DNA of 43,493 nucleotides from Myxococcota bacterium (GTDB lineage Bacteria > Myxococcota_A > UBA9042): positions 1 through 43,493 of the forward strand of contig JBMOIG010000023.1 in assembly GCA_049317445.1 (NCBI GenBank), in the 5' to 3' direction. Below, piece by piece: positions 18,053-25,767 of the stretch; position 1 is the first letter of the stretch; every line of letters begins with the position of its first letter. Under the pieces are notes generated by a model that worked only from the letters and a program-made list of their open reading frames with translations, was not told the origin of the DNA and ran no database searches. Position numbers and translations under genes: made by a program.

Positions 18053-19041
18053 TTCGCCTCCAACGATGGAAATGCTTCGGGGTGCAGGGCTCGCGCGATC
18101 TGCTCGACCCCCAGCACCAGACGGGGACCTGGGCGGCTGACCCAATCGGACCGCAGCGGATGCACGCGACCCTGGCGCACCGCACGCAGCGCCTGCCATC
18201 CCGGTCGGGCGCGAACCGATGCGAGCGACTGCGGCGCCTCGATGGCGTCGGCGTCGGCCAGGAGAATCGCGTCGGGGTCGCCCACGAGCACCGCCTCGGT
18301 CGAGACCTGGAACCAAGGCATCGCTGCGTCGGCGAACAGGTTCTGTCCACCCGCGGCCTCCAGCACCGCGTGGCCGAACGCCTCGCGCGACACCGTGAAG
18401 GGCCGCGCCCCGTCCCCTGCGTCCATTTCATAGAACACTCGCGGCTTGGGCAGTCCCGCAACTCGCCGCCGGATGTCCTCGAGCTGACGGGCAAACGCCC
18501 GCTGGAGCACGTGCCCTGCCTCGGGTTGACCGCAAGCCCGCGCCACGTCACCCAGCGTCTCTTGCACTTGATGAAGATCCTTGGGGGAGTAGCCCAAGTA
18601 CGGCACCCTGGCGGCGTCCAGCGCGGTCCGCAGTGCGGCGGGCGGAAAGTGGGTCAGGACGAGGTCGGGGTGGGTGGCCAGAATCGCCTCGGCGTTGGGC
18701 ACGAAGCCTTGCGCGGCGGGGATGGTGCGGGCCTGTGACGGGTAGTCGCTCCAGCCGTCGCGCAAGACGACAGCGTCGCCGCAGCCGACCGCAAACAGGA
18801 TCTCGGTCAGGGCCGGCGACAGCGAGACGATGCGGCGCGCGGGAGAGGCGAGCTGAATCGTGCGGCCCTGGTGGTCCGTCAGCGTCACCGTGGCAGAAGG
18901 CGCAGGTGTCGCAGGGACTTGCGCGTGGGTGGTAGCAGCGGGCGGAAGCGACGGCGTGGCCGCTGGGCGTGAGCACGCCACCAGGCAGACCACCGCCGCG
19001 AGCACGAGCCTTCCGGACGCGCGTGACCTCGACGTCACCAT
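18049..19041 (-). CDS. btuF: BtuF/FhuD-like periplasmic substrate-binding lipoprotein of an ABC importer
   Basis: ATG 19041. Lipoprotein signal MVTSRSRASGRLVLAAVVCLVAC. Cluster-A binding-protein features (RIVSLSPALTEILFAVGCGDAVV..., HPDLVL, GYSPKDL). The symbol is assigned from the adjacent cobalamin riboswitch and TBDR. Confidence 0.75.
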   Translation of the reverse strand: MVTSRSRASGRLVLAAVVCLVACSRPAATPSLPPAATTHAQVPATPAPSATVTLTDHQGRTIQLASPARRIVSLSPALTEILFAVGCGDAVVLRDGWSDYPSQARTIPAAQGFVPNAEAILATHPDLVLTHFPPAALRTALDAARVPYLGYSPKDLHQVQETLGDVARACGQPEAGHVLQRAFARQLEDIRRRVAGLPKPRVFYEMDAGDGARPFTVSREAFGHAVLEAAGGQNLFADAAMPWFQVSTEAVLVGDPDAILLADADAIEAPQSLASVRARPGWQALRAVRQGRVHPLRSDWVSRPGPRLVLGVEQIARALHPEAFPSLEAK

Positions 19042-20405
19042 CCAAACGCTCCCATGTCGACGGCCGCCAGACCGCCGGGGTTCGACGTCACGGCGGGCAG
19101 CTCGAACGGATGCTCGGCGTCCTTCACGTCGAACACGCGCAGATCGCCGGCGGCGTGCGACGCCTCGCCCGCCCACACGATGCGGCGGGCGCCGTCGGCG
19201 AACAGGCCGCTGAACCCGAACGGCTTGCCGGCCTTGGCCAGCGGATATCCGCCCCACGACGCCATGTCGAGCAGCCACAGGGTATCGGGGGTTTCCTTTG
19301 CGAAATCGCCCGTCGTCGTGGTCACCAGATACCGTTCGTCCAAAGCCGCCAGATCCTTGCCGAACGGCGCCATTGCCAGGACGGTGGCCGAAGCCTCGAC
19401 TTCGGCGACCGGAGGACTGGCCGCGGTGTCGATGACCAGAATGTTCGAGTACGCGTACTGCTTGCCGTCGGGCTCGCCGAAGAAGCCCGTACACAGCACC
19501 GCGATCTTCGTGGACGTGCCCAACCGCCTGGCCTGCACGCAGTTCTTGGACTCGGGGGCCTCGACCACGTGGACGACCTTGCCCGTCTGCGGATCGATGG
19601 CGACCACCCGGCCCTTGCCCGCCGTCTGGAAGTCGGTGCTCATCGAGGCCAGCGGCACCCACACGAGCTTGCCGTCAAAGGCAAGCCGTCCGGGCGCAGC
19701 AACCGTTCCCGGTAGCGAGGCGTAGGGACCCAGGGCCACCCGCGCGGCGAGCTTGGCCGGGTTCAGGTCGATCAGGACCAGATCGTCGCCCTCATCCAGA
19801 TCGTCCGGCGCTGGCGTGGGCGAGGCGTTGGCGGACATCCGCGACACCACGGCGCGCGAGGGAGAAACCTGCAGGAAATCTTGGGGGTTGGCATAGAAGC
19901 CGGTGGCCACCGACAGCTGCTCGCCGACCTTGCGCGTCACAGGGTCCACGAAGCTGAGCACACCTGTGCCGCGGTCGATCAGCACCAGACGGCCGTCCGA
20001 CGTCGGGGTCTGTGTCACCACGACGTCGCCGCTCAGCGCTGCACCACCCGGGGTAACCGCTGATCCCGAGTCGAGAAAGCCCGAGGCCGACACCACGCGT
20101 TTCTCGAGATCCAGTGCGGAGATCGACACCGTCAGGTAGTCCGAACCCACCACCGCAAGCTGGGTCGGCGCCAGCGCGGACGCCGTGGTGTCGGCGGTCT
20201 CTGTGGCGTCTGCGGACACATCCTCGGCACCCGCCGCATCGTCGGCCGTCGCTGTGGCGTCTTCGGCGACGTCGGCGGCATCGTCGTCGGTGTCTGCGGC
20301 GTCTGCGACCGTCGTGTCAGCGGCGACTTTGGTGGTGTCGTCCGCGCACGCCGGTAGTGCGGCAAGCGCCAAGAGGAACATCGGGATCCAGTGTTTCGTG
20401 TGCAT
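19035..20405 (-). CDS. Surface/periplasmic beta-propeller-like lipoprotein (YncE/YVTN-like) with an N-terminal acidic Ala/Asp/Thr-rich linker, inside the B12-uptake operon
   Basis: Lipobox LAALPAC followed by DDTTKVAADTTVADAADTDDDAADVAED... low complexity. Repeated strand motifs (GRLVLIDRGTGVLSFVDPVTRKV, GRVVAIDPQTGKVVHVVEAP, RYLVTTTTGDFA) suggest a beta-propeller. Overlaps btuF by 7 nt and lies 39 nt after the TBDR stop. Confidence 0.6.
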   Translation of the reverse strand: MHTKHWIPMFLLALAALPACADDTTKVAADTTVADAADTDDDAADVAEDATATADDAAGAEDVSADATETADTTASALAPTQLAVVGSDYLTVSISALDLEKRVVSASGFLDSGSAVTPGGAALSGDVVVTQTPTSDGRLVLIDRGTGVLSFVDPVTRKVGEQLSVATGFYANPQDFLQVSPSRAVVSRMSANASPTPAPDDLDEGDDLVLIDLNPAKLAARVALGPYASLPGTVAAPGRLAFDGKLVWVPLASMSTDFQTAGKGRVVAIDPQTGKVVHVVEAPESKNCVQARRLGTSTKIAVLCTGFFGEPDGKQYAYSNILVIDTAASPPVAEVEASATVLAMAPFGKDLAALDERYLVTTTTGDFAKETPDTLWLLDMASWGGYPLAKAGKPFGFSGLFADGARRIVWAGEASHAAGDLRVFDVKDAEHPFELPAVTSNPGGLAAVDMGAFGW

Positions 20406-20444
20406 CAGTTCGAGGCTCCGAGTGGACAGGGGGCTTGGGAGGTC

Positions 20445-22526
20445 TCACTGCGAGTCGGGTCCGCCGTGCCAACCCAACGAGACGAAGAAGGTGCGACCCG
20501 GCAGCGGATAGCCGAGCAGGTCGAAGCGAGGGGGGTCGAGCGCGTTGTCCGCGCGAATGTCCAGGAAGCATCCATACTTGGGAAGCTCGGCGCGAACTCC
20601 GCCGGCAAGGGTCGTGCGGGACGGCACCACCACCAGTCCTGCGGCATCGGCAAAGTGTCCGGCCTGCCACTGCACGCCCGACCACAGCGACCCCTGCACG
20701 GCACCTACCTGACGCGCCCAAGACGCCCGCACGCCCCAACGCGTCCTGGGGCGCAGGGGCAGCGGCTTGCCGTGATAAGCGGGCGTCGCCGAACCGTTTT
20801 CTGTCCAAAGCGTCGTGTGCTGCGCCGAAAGCTTCAGGCCGTGGGGAGCCCGCAGTCGCAACACCCCCTCACCGCCCCGCAGCGATGCTTGGTCGACGTT
20901 TTGGTAGGCCGCCTGGTGCGGACCCAGCACCTGCAGTTGGATCAGGTCGTCGACGGCTGTTGCAAACGCCCCGACGCTGGCCGCCGCCCCCCACTCGCCG
21001 CGGTCGGCTTCGGCCTGCACCGCAGCATCGGCCCCGAACGAAGCCTCAGGGCGCAGCAGCACGTTGCCACGGATGACGCCGTCGTTGCCGAACAGCTCGA
21101 TCAGCGTAGGCGCCCGCGTGCCGCGAGTACCAGCGGCCGTCACGTGCAGCCACGGCAGCGCCCGCCAGCCCACGCCCAGCCGACCGGTCCACAACTGGCC
21201 GTCGTCTATCGGGATCTCGCGCCACGTGAACGGAAAGCCGACGTTCGTCATGCGCTGGTTGCGTTGCAGGTCCAGCCCCACCGAGGGAACGACTTCCAGT
21301 GCGCCATCGGCCAGCACCACCGGCGCCGCGAGCCCAAGCCCCAGCGTGGTGCGGCTCGACGTCGGTTGCCTCGTGTTCGACCGCAGGTCCGTCGTCTCGA
21401 CCGTGCCATGCTGCAACCCGACGCGTCCTTGCACGCCCACCGGCCCCCACCGCGCCGACTCGTACGTCGTGAGCGCTCCGAGGCCTGCGACTTGCTGCTG
21501 CGTGTGCCAGGGCGGACCCAGCTCACCCAGCCGGTCATCGACCTCAGTGTCCAGCAAGCTCGCCTGTACCGTTGCCCGCAGTCGGTCACCCTTGGCGGCA
21601 ACCCCCAACCCCGTCGCAGCGACGTACCCCAGCTGTCGGCCGCCCCCCAGACGCGATTGCTCTGCCGGGTAGAGCGCGACACCCGGAACGCCTTGATCCA
21701 GCAGCGATCCCAGCCATCGACCCTCGAACTGCCAGCGAGGTGTTGGGTGCCAATCTGCCGCCAGCGTGCCCGCCAGCCTTGCCACGTCGTTGTTGCGCCG
21801 CACCTGCCAGCGGTCGTCGCTTGCGTCCCACGCTGTGCCGCGCTGGTCCAGATAGCCGAAATCGCCGTCTGCCCGCAGCCAGCGCACGCCGCCCGAGACG
21901 CCGACCGACTCGTTCGCCCACGTCCCCCAGGCCTCGGCTGACCGGGCTCCGTAACTGCCTGCACCCAAAGACACTTCCGCCGTCGTTTCCCGCTCGTGTC
22001 GCATCTGTAGCCGCAGCGCCCCGCCGATAGCCTGACCGCCCAGCAGCGCCGGGGTCGTGCCGCGGTACAGCTCCAGCCGCTCGACCATGCCCAAGGGTAG
22101 ATCTGCGAGATCCAAGGGCGTTCCGTCGATCGCCAGCACCGGGATCCCGTCCAGGAACGTGTCGACCTCGTCCGGGGTGCTGCCCCGCACGCTCAGGACC
22201 GCCGTCGCGCCGAAGCCGCTGGTCTGGCGCACCGAGGTTCCCGCCTGTTCGTCCAGCGCCTGCGTCAGCGAAACGTGCTCCCGTGCCAGCGCGGCGCCAC
22301 TTGCCGACGTGACCGGAGCGGTACTATCCAGTTCGCCGCGGGGCAGCAGCGTTCGTTTTCCCTTGACGCGCAGGGACATCCGCTCTTGCGCGGTGGTGGG
22401 CGTCGGGTCGGCAGCCAGATCGAGGCCTTGACCGGCGACCGGCAGGCTCACGCCCGCGACCACCAGCAACAGCAGCGACGTTGGCAGGGCATGGCGCGCG
22501 CGGGCGCCGCCGAACCGACGAATCAC
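20445..22526 (-). CDS. btuB: TonB-dependent outer-membrane receptor, BtuB-like (cobalamin)
   Basis: 693 aa. Signal peptide. TonB box/plug region (TAVLSVRGSTPDEVDTFLDGIPV) and a C-terminal barrel ending ...GRTFFVSLGWHGG. GTG start at 22526 with AGGGAG upstream. Preceded by a cobalamin riboswitch. Confidence 0.85.
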   Translation of the reverse strand: MIRRFGGARARHALPTSLLLLVVAGVSLPVAGQGLDLAADPTPTTAQERMSLRVKGKRTLLPRGELDSTAPVTSASGAALAREHVSLTQALDEQAGTSVRQTSGFGATAVLSVRGSTPDEVDTFLDGIPVLAIDGTPLDLADLPLGMVERLELYRGTTPALLGGQAIGGALRLQMRHERETTAEVSLGAGSYGARSAEAWGTWANESVGVSGGVRWLRADGDFGYLDQRGTAWDASDDRWQVRRNNDVARLAGTLAADWHPTPRWQFEGRWLGSLLDQGVPGVALYPAEQSRLGGGRQLGYVAATGLGVAAKGDRLRATVQASLLDTEVDDRLGELGPPWHTQQQVAGLGALTTYESARWGPVGVQGRVGLQHGTVETTDLRSNTRQPTSSRTTLGLGLAAPVVLADGALEVVPSVGLDLQRNQRMTNVGFPFTWREIPIDDGQLWTGRLGVGWRALPWLHVTAAGTRGTRAPTLIELFGNDGVIRGNVLLRPEASFGADAAVQAEADRGEWGAAASVGAFATAVDDLIQLQVLGPHQAAYQNVDQASLRGGEGVLRLRAPHGLKLSAQHTTLWTENGSATPAYHGKPLPLRPRTRWGVRASWARQVGAVQGSLWSGVQWQAGHFADAAGLVVVPSRTTLAGGVRAELPKYGCFLDIRADNALDPPRFDLLGYPLPGRTFFVSLGWHGGPDSQ

Positions 22527-22599
22527 GCGACGCTCCCTACGCCTCGGACGAACTCCGGCGCAGGCGACTCACAATGCAATGGGCACAGTGCATGGCCCT

Positions 22600-22790
22600 C
22601 TCGCCGTCCCAGTCCCGGGGACACGAAAGTTGCGCTCTCGGCCGGTCTCCTGGCTTCCAGCGTGCATCGCTTCCCGCCTTCCCAGCCCGCAAGGGCCAGT
22701 GGCTTCAGGGTCGCGCAAAGCTGGTGACAGTGGCGGGTCCGCGCCGGATTCGCACCGGCTTCCCTCAGGGTCGGACGTCCCTCGCACACG
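22600..22790 (-). promoter_or_regulatory. Cobalamin (adenosylcobalamin) riboswitch in the 5' leader of the btuB-like operon
   Basis: Minus-strand RNA reads ...CUGAGGGAAGCCGGUGCGAAUCCGGCGCGGACCCGCCACUGUCACC...GAAGCCACUGGCCCUUGCGGGCUGGGAAGGCGGGAAGCGAUGCACG..., containing the GGGAAnnCGGUGnnAAUCC core, the CCCGCCACUGU element and the B12 box GCCACUGG. The ORF 22523..22789 on this strand is therefore spurious. Confidence 0.8.
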
Positions 22791-22920
22791 CGACGGACCG
22801 CGTTCGACCCAGGCCCTCGCGGGCACCGGGAGCAGGGCGGACGCTAGTCCTCCCGAGGCGGAAGGTCAACGCGGAGTCGGGATTGGCGCGGGTGGCAGGG
22901 CGCAACCAGGTCGGGCCTGA

Positions 22921-24675
22921 TTACGGCGCGGTGCAGGGATTGCCGTCGCTGCACGGGGCGAGCAGCAGCGCGGTGGCGACGGGGATGTGCGTGCCGACCG
23001 GAATCTGCTTGATCTGCATGCTGCCGCCGAACTGAATCGCGCCGCTCGACTGGTTGGCCCCTGAGAGCGTCACGCCGATCGTCGCGCCCGGGATGTTGCA
23101 GATGACCAGACCCTTGGCACCGGGCGGAATCGCGCACATCGGCTGCACGAAGCCCATGTCGACCACGCGCTGGGCGTAGGTGGACGAGGCGCTGATGCTG
23201 CACGGCTTCACGGCGAACGGGTCGTTCATCGGGACGACGACCTTGTCACCGGCGTCGCGGACCTCGACCAGCATCGAACCGACCTGATGCGACGCGCAGC
23301 TGCCGCCGTCGGCAAACGCCCAGTCCAGGCTGACGACCGTGCGCTTGCCGATGTCGATGGCGTTGGCCAGCTTGGCGTCGTTGTTGGCCATGATCTGTAC
23401 GGGACCCGCCAGCAGCACGTTGCCGTAGCTGTCCGCCGTCTGCGGTCCCAGACCGTCGAGCTGGATGTAGCGCGCGCCGGCCGGGATGTTCGACAGCGTT
23501 GCCGTACCGTTCTTGCAGGGCACCTGCACGCTGGCAAGCACTTGAGTCTTCTGCTCGTCCAGCACCCGCACGTCCACGTTGGTCAGCTCGTACTTGGCGC
23601 ACTCCGTGGCGGGAGCCTTGCCCAGCACCGTCCACGTCAGGGTCAGGCCGCCCGCCCCACTCAGCTGCACCAGATTCACGGCCGGCGAGATCACCGTCTG
23701 CGTGCCGCCGGTCACCTGGAAGGGGCCGGTCAGCGGGTCGTTGCCCACCACCAGCTGGCCCTGAGCGTTCAGGCCGTCCAGCTGCAGCATCCGGCTACCG
23801 GAAGGGACGTTGCTGATGATCGCCGAGCCGTTGGCGCAGGGCACCGATCCGGTCGAGATGACTTGCTTGCCGGTGCCGTCCAGCACGCTGATGGCGATGG
23901 TCTGTACGCCGTACTTGGCGCAGCCGGTGTTGGCGGCGGTACCCAGCACCGTCCAGCCAAGCGAGATGCTTCCGGTCAAGGCACGTGTCAGCGGCGCGAG
24001 ATCGATGGGCTTCTCCACCAGCACCAAGGTGTCCGCGGGCACGTCGATGGGGCCGTAAAGGCTGGCGTTTCCCCACTCGACCGTATTGTTCTGGGTCAGG
24101 CCGTCGATCTGCAGATAGCGCACGCCGATCGGCACGTTGTTGACGGTCAGCTGGCCGGCGCTGCACTGCGTCTCAGCCGAGGCGACGATGACGGTCTTGG
24201 TGTCGTCCAGCACGCTGACGACCACCGTGTGGATGCCGCGCTTGGCGCACCCTGCGATGGCCGAGTCGCCGGCGATGGTCCACGCCACGCCGATGCTGCC
24301 CGAGGTCACGACCGTGGGCCCCAAGGGCAGCACACCGGTCGGCTGGGTGAAGCCCGCCAGCGCAGTGACGGTCTGCCACGGCGTGACCGCCACGACCGTG
24401 TCTTGCGCCGACATGCCTTCGACGCGGACGTCGTAGTCGCCTTCCGGGACGCTGATGCTCCGGGAGCCCTGCGTGCAAGAGACGTTGGCGATGCTGGGGA
24501 AAGTGCCGTCGGCGGGTTCGACCCGAATGGTGACGGAGTCGATGCCGAGGGCAGAGCAACTGCCGCCGACCGGCTCCCACTGCACCTGAAGGATGCCGTG
24601 ATTCGCACCGGTGTTGACGATGCAACCGGTGGTGAAGAAAGCCAACAGAGCAAGGGCCTTGATGATGCGCGGCAT
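22921..24675 (-). CDS. Lipoprotein with 4-5 internal ~100-aa tandem repeat domains (hypothetical, probably Ig-like/beta-sandwich repeats)
   Basis: Signal/lipobox MPRIIKALALLAFFTTGC. The repeated pattern is GxxLxWTVLGxxxxxxCAKYGvxTvxvsVLDxxxxxVxxxxxVxCxxGxxxxSNvPxGxRxlQLDGL, each repeat with a conserved Cys pair. Confidence 0.65.
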   Translation of the reverse strand: MPRIIKALALLAFFTTGCIVNTGANHGILQVQWEPVGGSCSALGIDSVTIRVEPADGTFPSIANVSCTQGSRSISVPEGDYDVRVEGMSAQDTVVAVTPWQTVTALAGFTQPTGVLPLGPTVVTSGSIGVAWTIAGDSAIAGCAKRGIHTVVVSVLDDTKTVIVASAETQCSAGQLTVNNVPIGVRYLQIDGLTQNNTVEWGNASLYGPIDVPADTLVLVEKPIDLAPLTRALTGSISLGWTVLGTAANTGCAKYGVQTIAISVLDGTGKQVISTGSVPCANGSAIISNVPSGSRMLQLDGLNAQGQLVVGNDPLTGPFQVTGGTQTVISPAVNLVQLSGAGGLTLTWTVLGKAPATECAKYELTNVDVRVLDEQKTQVLASVQVPCKNGTATLSNIPAGARYIQLDGLGPQTADSYGNVLLAGPVQIMANNDAKLANAIDIGKRTVVSLDWAFADGGSCASHQVGSMLVEVRDAGDKVVVPMNDPFAVKPCSISASSTYAQRVVDMGFVQPMCAIPPGAKGLVICNIPGATIGVTLSGANQSSGAIQFGGSMQIKQIPVGTHIPVATALLLAPCSDGNPCTAP

Positions 24676-24858
24676 GATGTCACCTCCGGCCGCTTCAACG
24701 GCCGCGCCGCCAGTCTATTCACGGCACGGCCCGATGCTCAAGCGCTGGACCGCCGTGACGCGAAATCCATGGAAGTTGACGAACCGCGCAGGTGCCTGAT
24801 CCTGCGACCAACCGCCCGCGGGGCGGCGACGCTTCGATCCGCGAAGCTGGGGAGACTC

Positions 24859-25755
24859 ATGGACGACCGACCTCGTCCCGCCAGGCTGCTGTTGCTGACT
24901 TGCGCTTGCGTGGCATCGCTCGCTTCGGCTTGTGCGGGCGTTCCGTCGGTGCCTGCGCCGTCGTACGGTTTCGACTCCGGCTTGGCCAACGTCTCTCAGG
25001 ACGTTCATTTTGGTCGGCGCGCCGTCCCTGCTGCCTCTGCCCCGGCGCCAGCTTCAGACCGTCCTGCGGCCTACGCTGCCGCCGCGCCGAGGCCGACTTC
25101 TCCCCGCCCTGCAGCAAGACCGGCGCCCGTTGCCGTGAAGCCCGCGGCGCCTGCCACGGTGGCCGCGGCTCCGGTCGAGCCTCGTCCGTCGCCTGCCGTT
25201 GCCTCACCCGCAGCGAAGTCGGTGGTGCCTGCGGGTCCGATGCCGGCCGGTACGCCCTATCCCGACGATCTGCGGGCCTCTCAGCGGGTGGAGGCTGCCG
25301 CTGCCTTGCTGGGGACGGCGGGACTTGCCGATCGTGCGTTCGTCGCCCACGTGCTGCGGGCCGCGGGACAGGACCTCGAAGTCGACCGAAATGTGAACTA
25401 CGCCGCTGGGTTGCACGCCAAGCTGCAGGCCGATGGCGTCACCGTGGAGGCTGCCGAGGCCCGGCCCGGGGACCTGGTGTTCTTCCGCGACACGTCCGAT
25501 CTGAACGGCAACACGCGCCCGGACGACGGTGTGACGCTGGTTGGCGTGGTCGAGCGCGCACAGGGCACGCAGGTCGTCTTCATCGCCCAGCGCGCGGGCA
25601 AGGTGCGGCGCATGGCCGTGGACCCACAGCGACCCCAGGTGGTGCGCGAGGGCTCGCAAGTCGTGAATACGCGGCTGGTTCGTTGGCCTGGCAGCACGCA
25701 CGCCTGGACGACGGGGCAGTGTCTGGTCGGTTACGCGCGGCCGCGGCAGCCGTAG
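24859..25755 (+). CDS. Lipoprotein with Pro/Ala-rich linker and a C-terminal degenerate (probably catalytically inactive) NlpC/P60-like domain
   Basis: ATG 24859 with GGGGAGA upstream. Lipobox LASAC. Linker APAPASDRPAAYAAAAPRPTSPRPAARPAPVAVKPAAP. The C-terminal PGDLVFFRDTSD...VTLVGVV resembles NlpC/P60, but the expected DCSGLV catalytic Cys position reads DRAFVAHV and the His position is Leu. Confidence 0.55.
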   Translation: MDDRPRPARLLLLTCACVASLASACAGVPSVPAPSYGFDSGLANVSQDVHFGRRAVPAASAPAPASDRPAAYAAAAPRPTSPRPAARPAPVAVKPAAPATVAAAPVEPRPSPAVASPAAKSVVPAGPMPAGTPYPDDLRASQRVEAAAALLGTAGLADRAFVAHVLRAAGQDLEVDRNVNYAAGLHAKLQADGVTVEAAEARPGDLVFFRDTSDLNGNTRPDDGVTLVGVVERAQGTQVVFIAQRAGKVRRMAVDPQRPQVVREGSQVVNTRLVRWPGSTHAWTTGQCLVGYARPRQP

Positions 25756-25767
25756 AGGCCTGCGGTC

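Noticed and set aside
16266-18551. 761-aa minus-strand ORF and overlapping + ORFs 16457..18433 and 16671..17753
   Set aside because: Alternate-frame or antisense translations of the btuCD/btuF region. Pro/Arg/Gly-rich junk with no domain features.
22523-22789. 88-aa minus-strand ORF
   Set aside because: Coincides with the cobalamin riboswitch. The RNA element explains the sequence conservation-like features better than a peptide.
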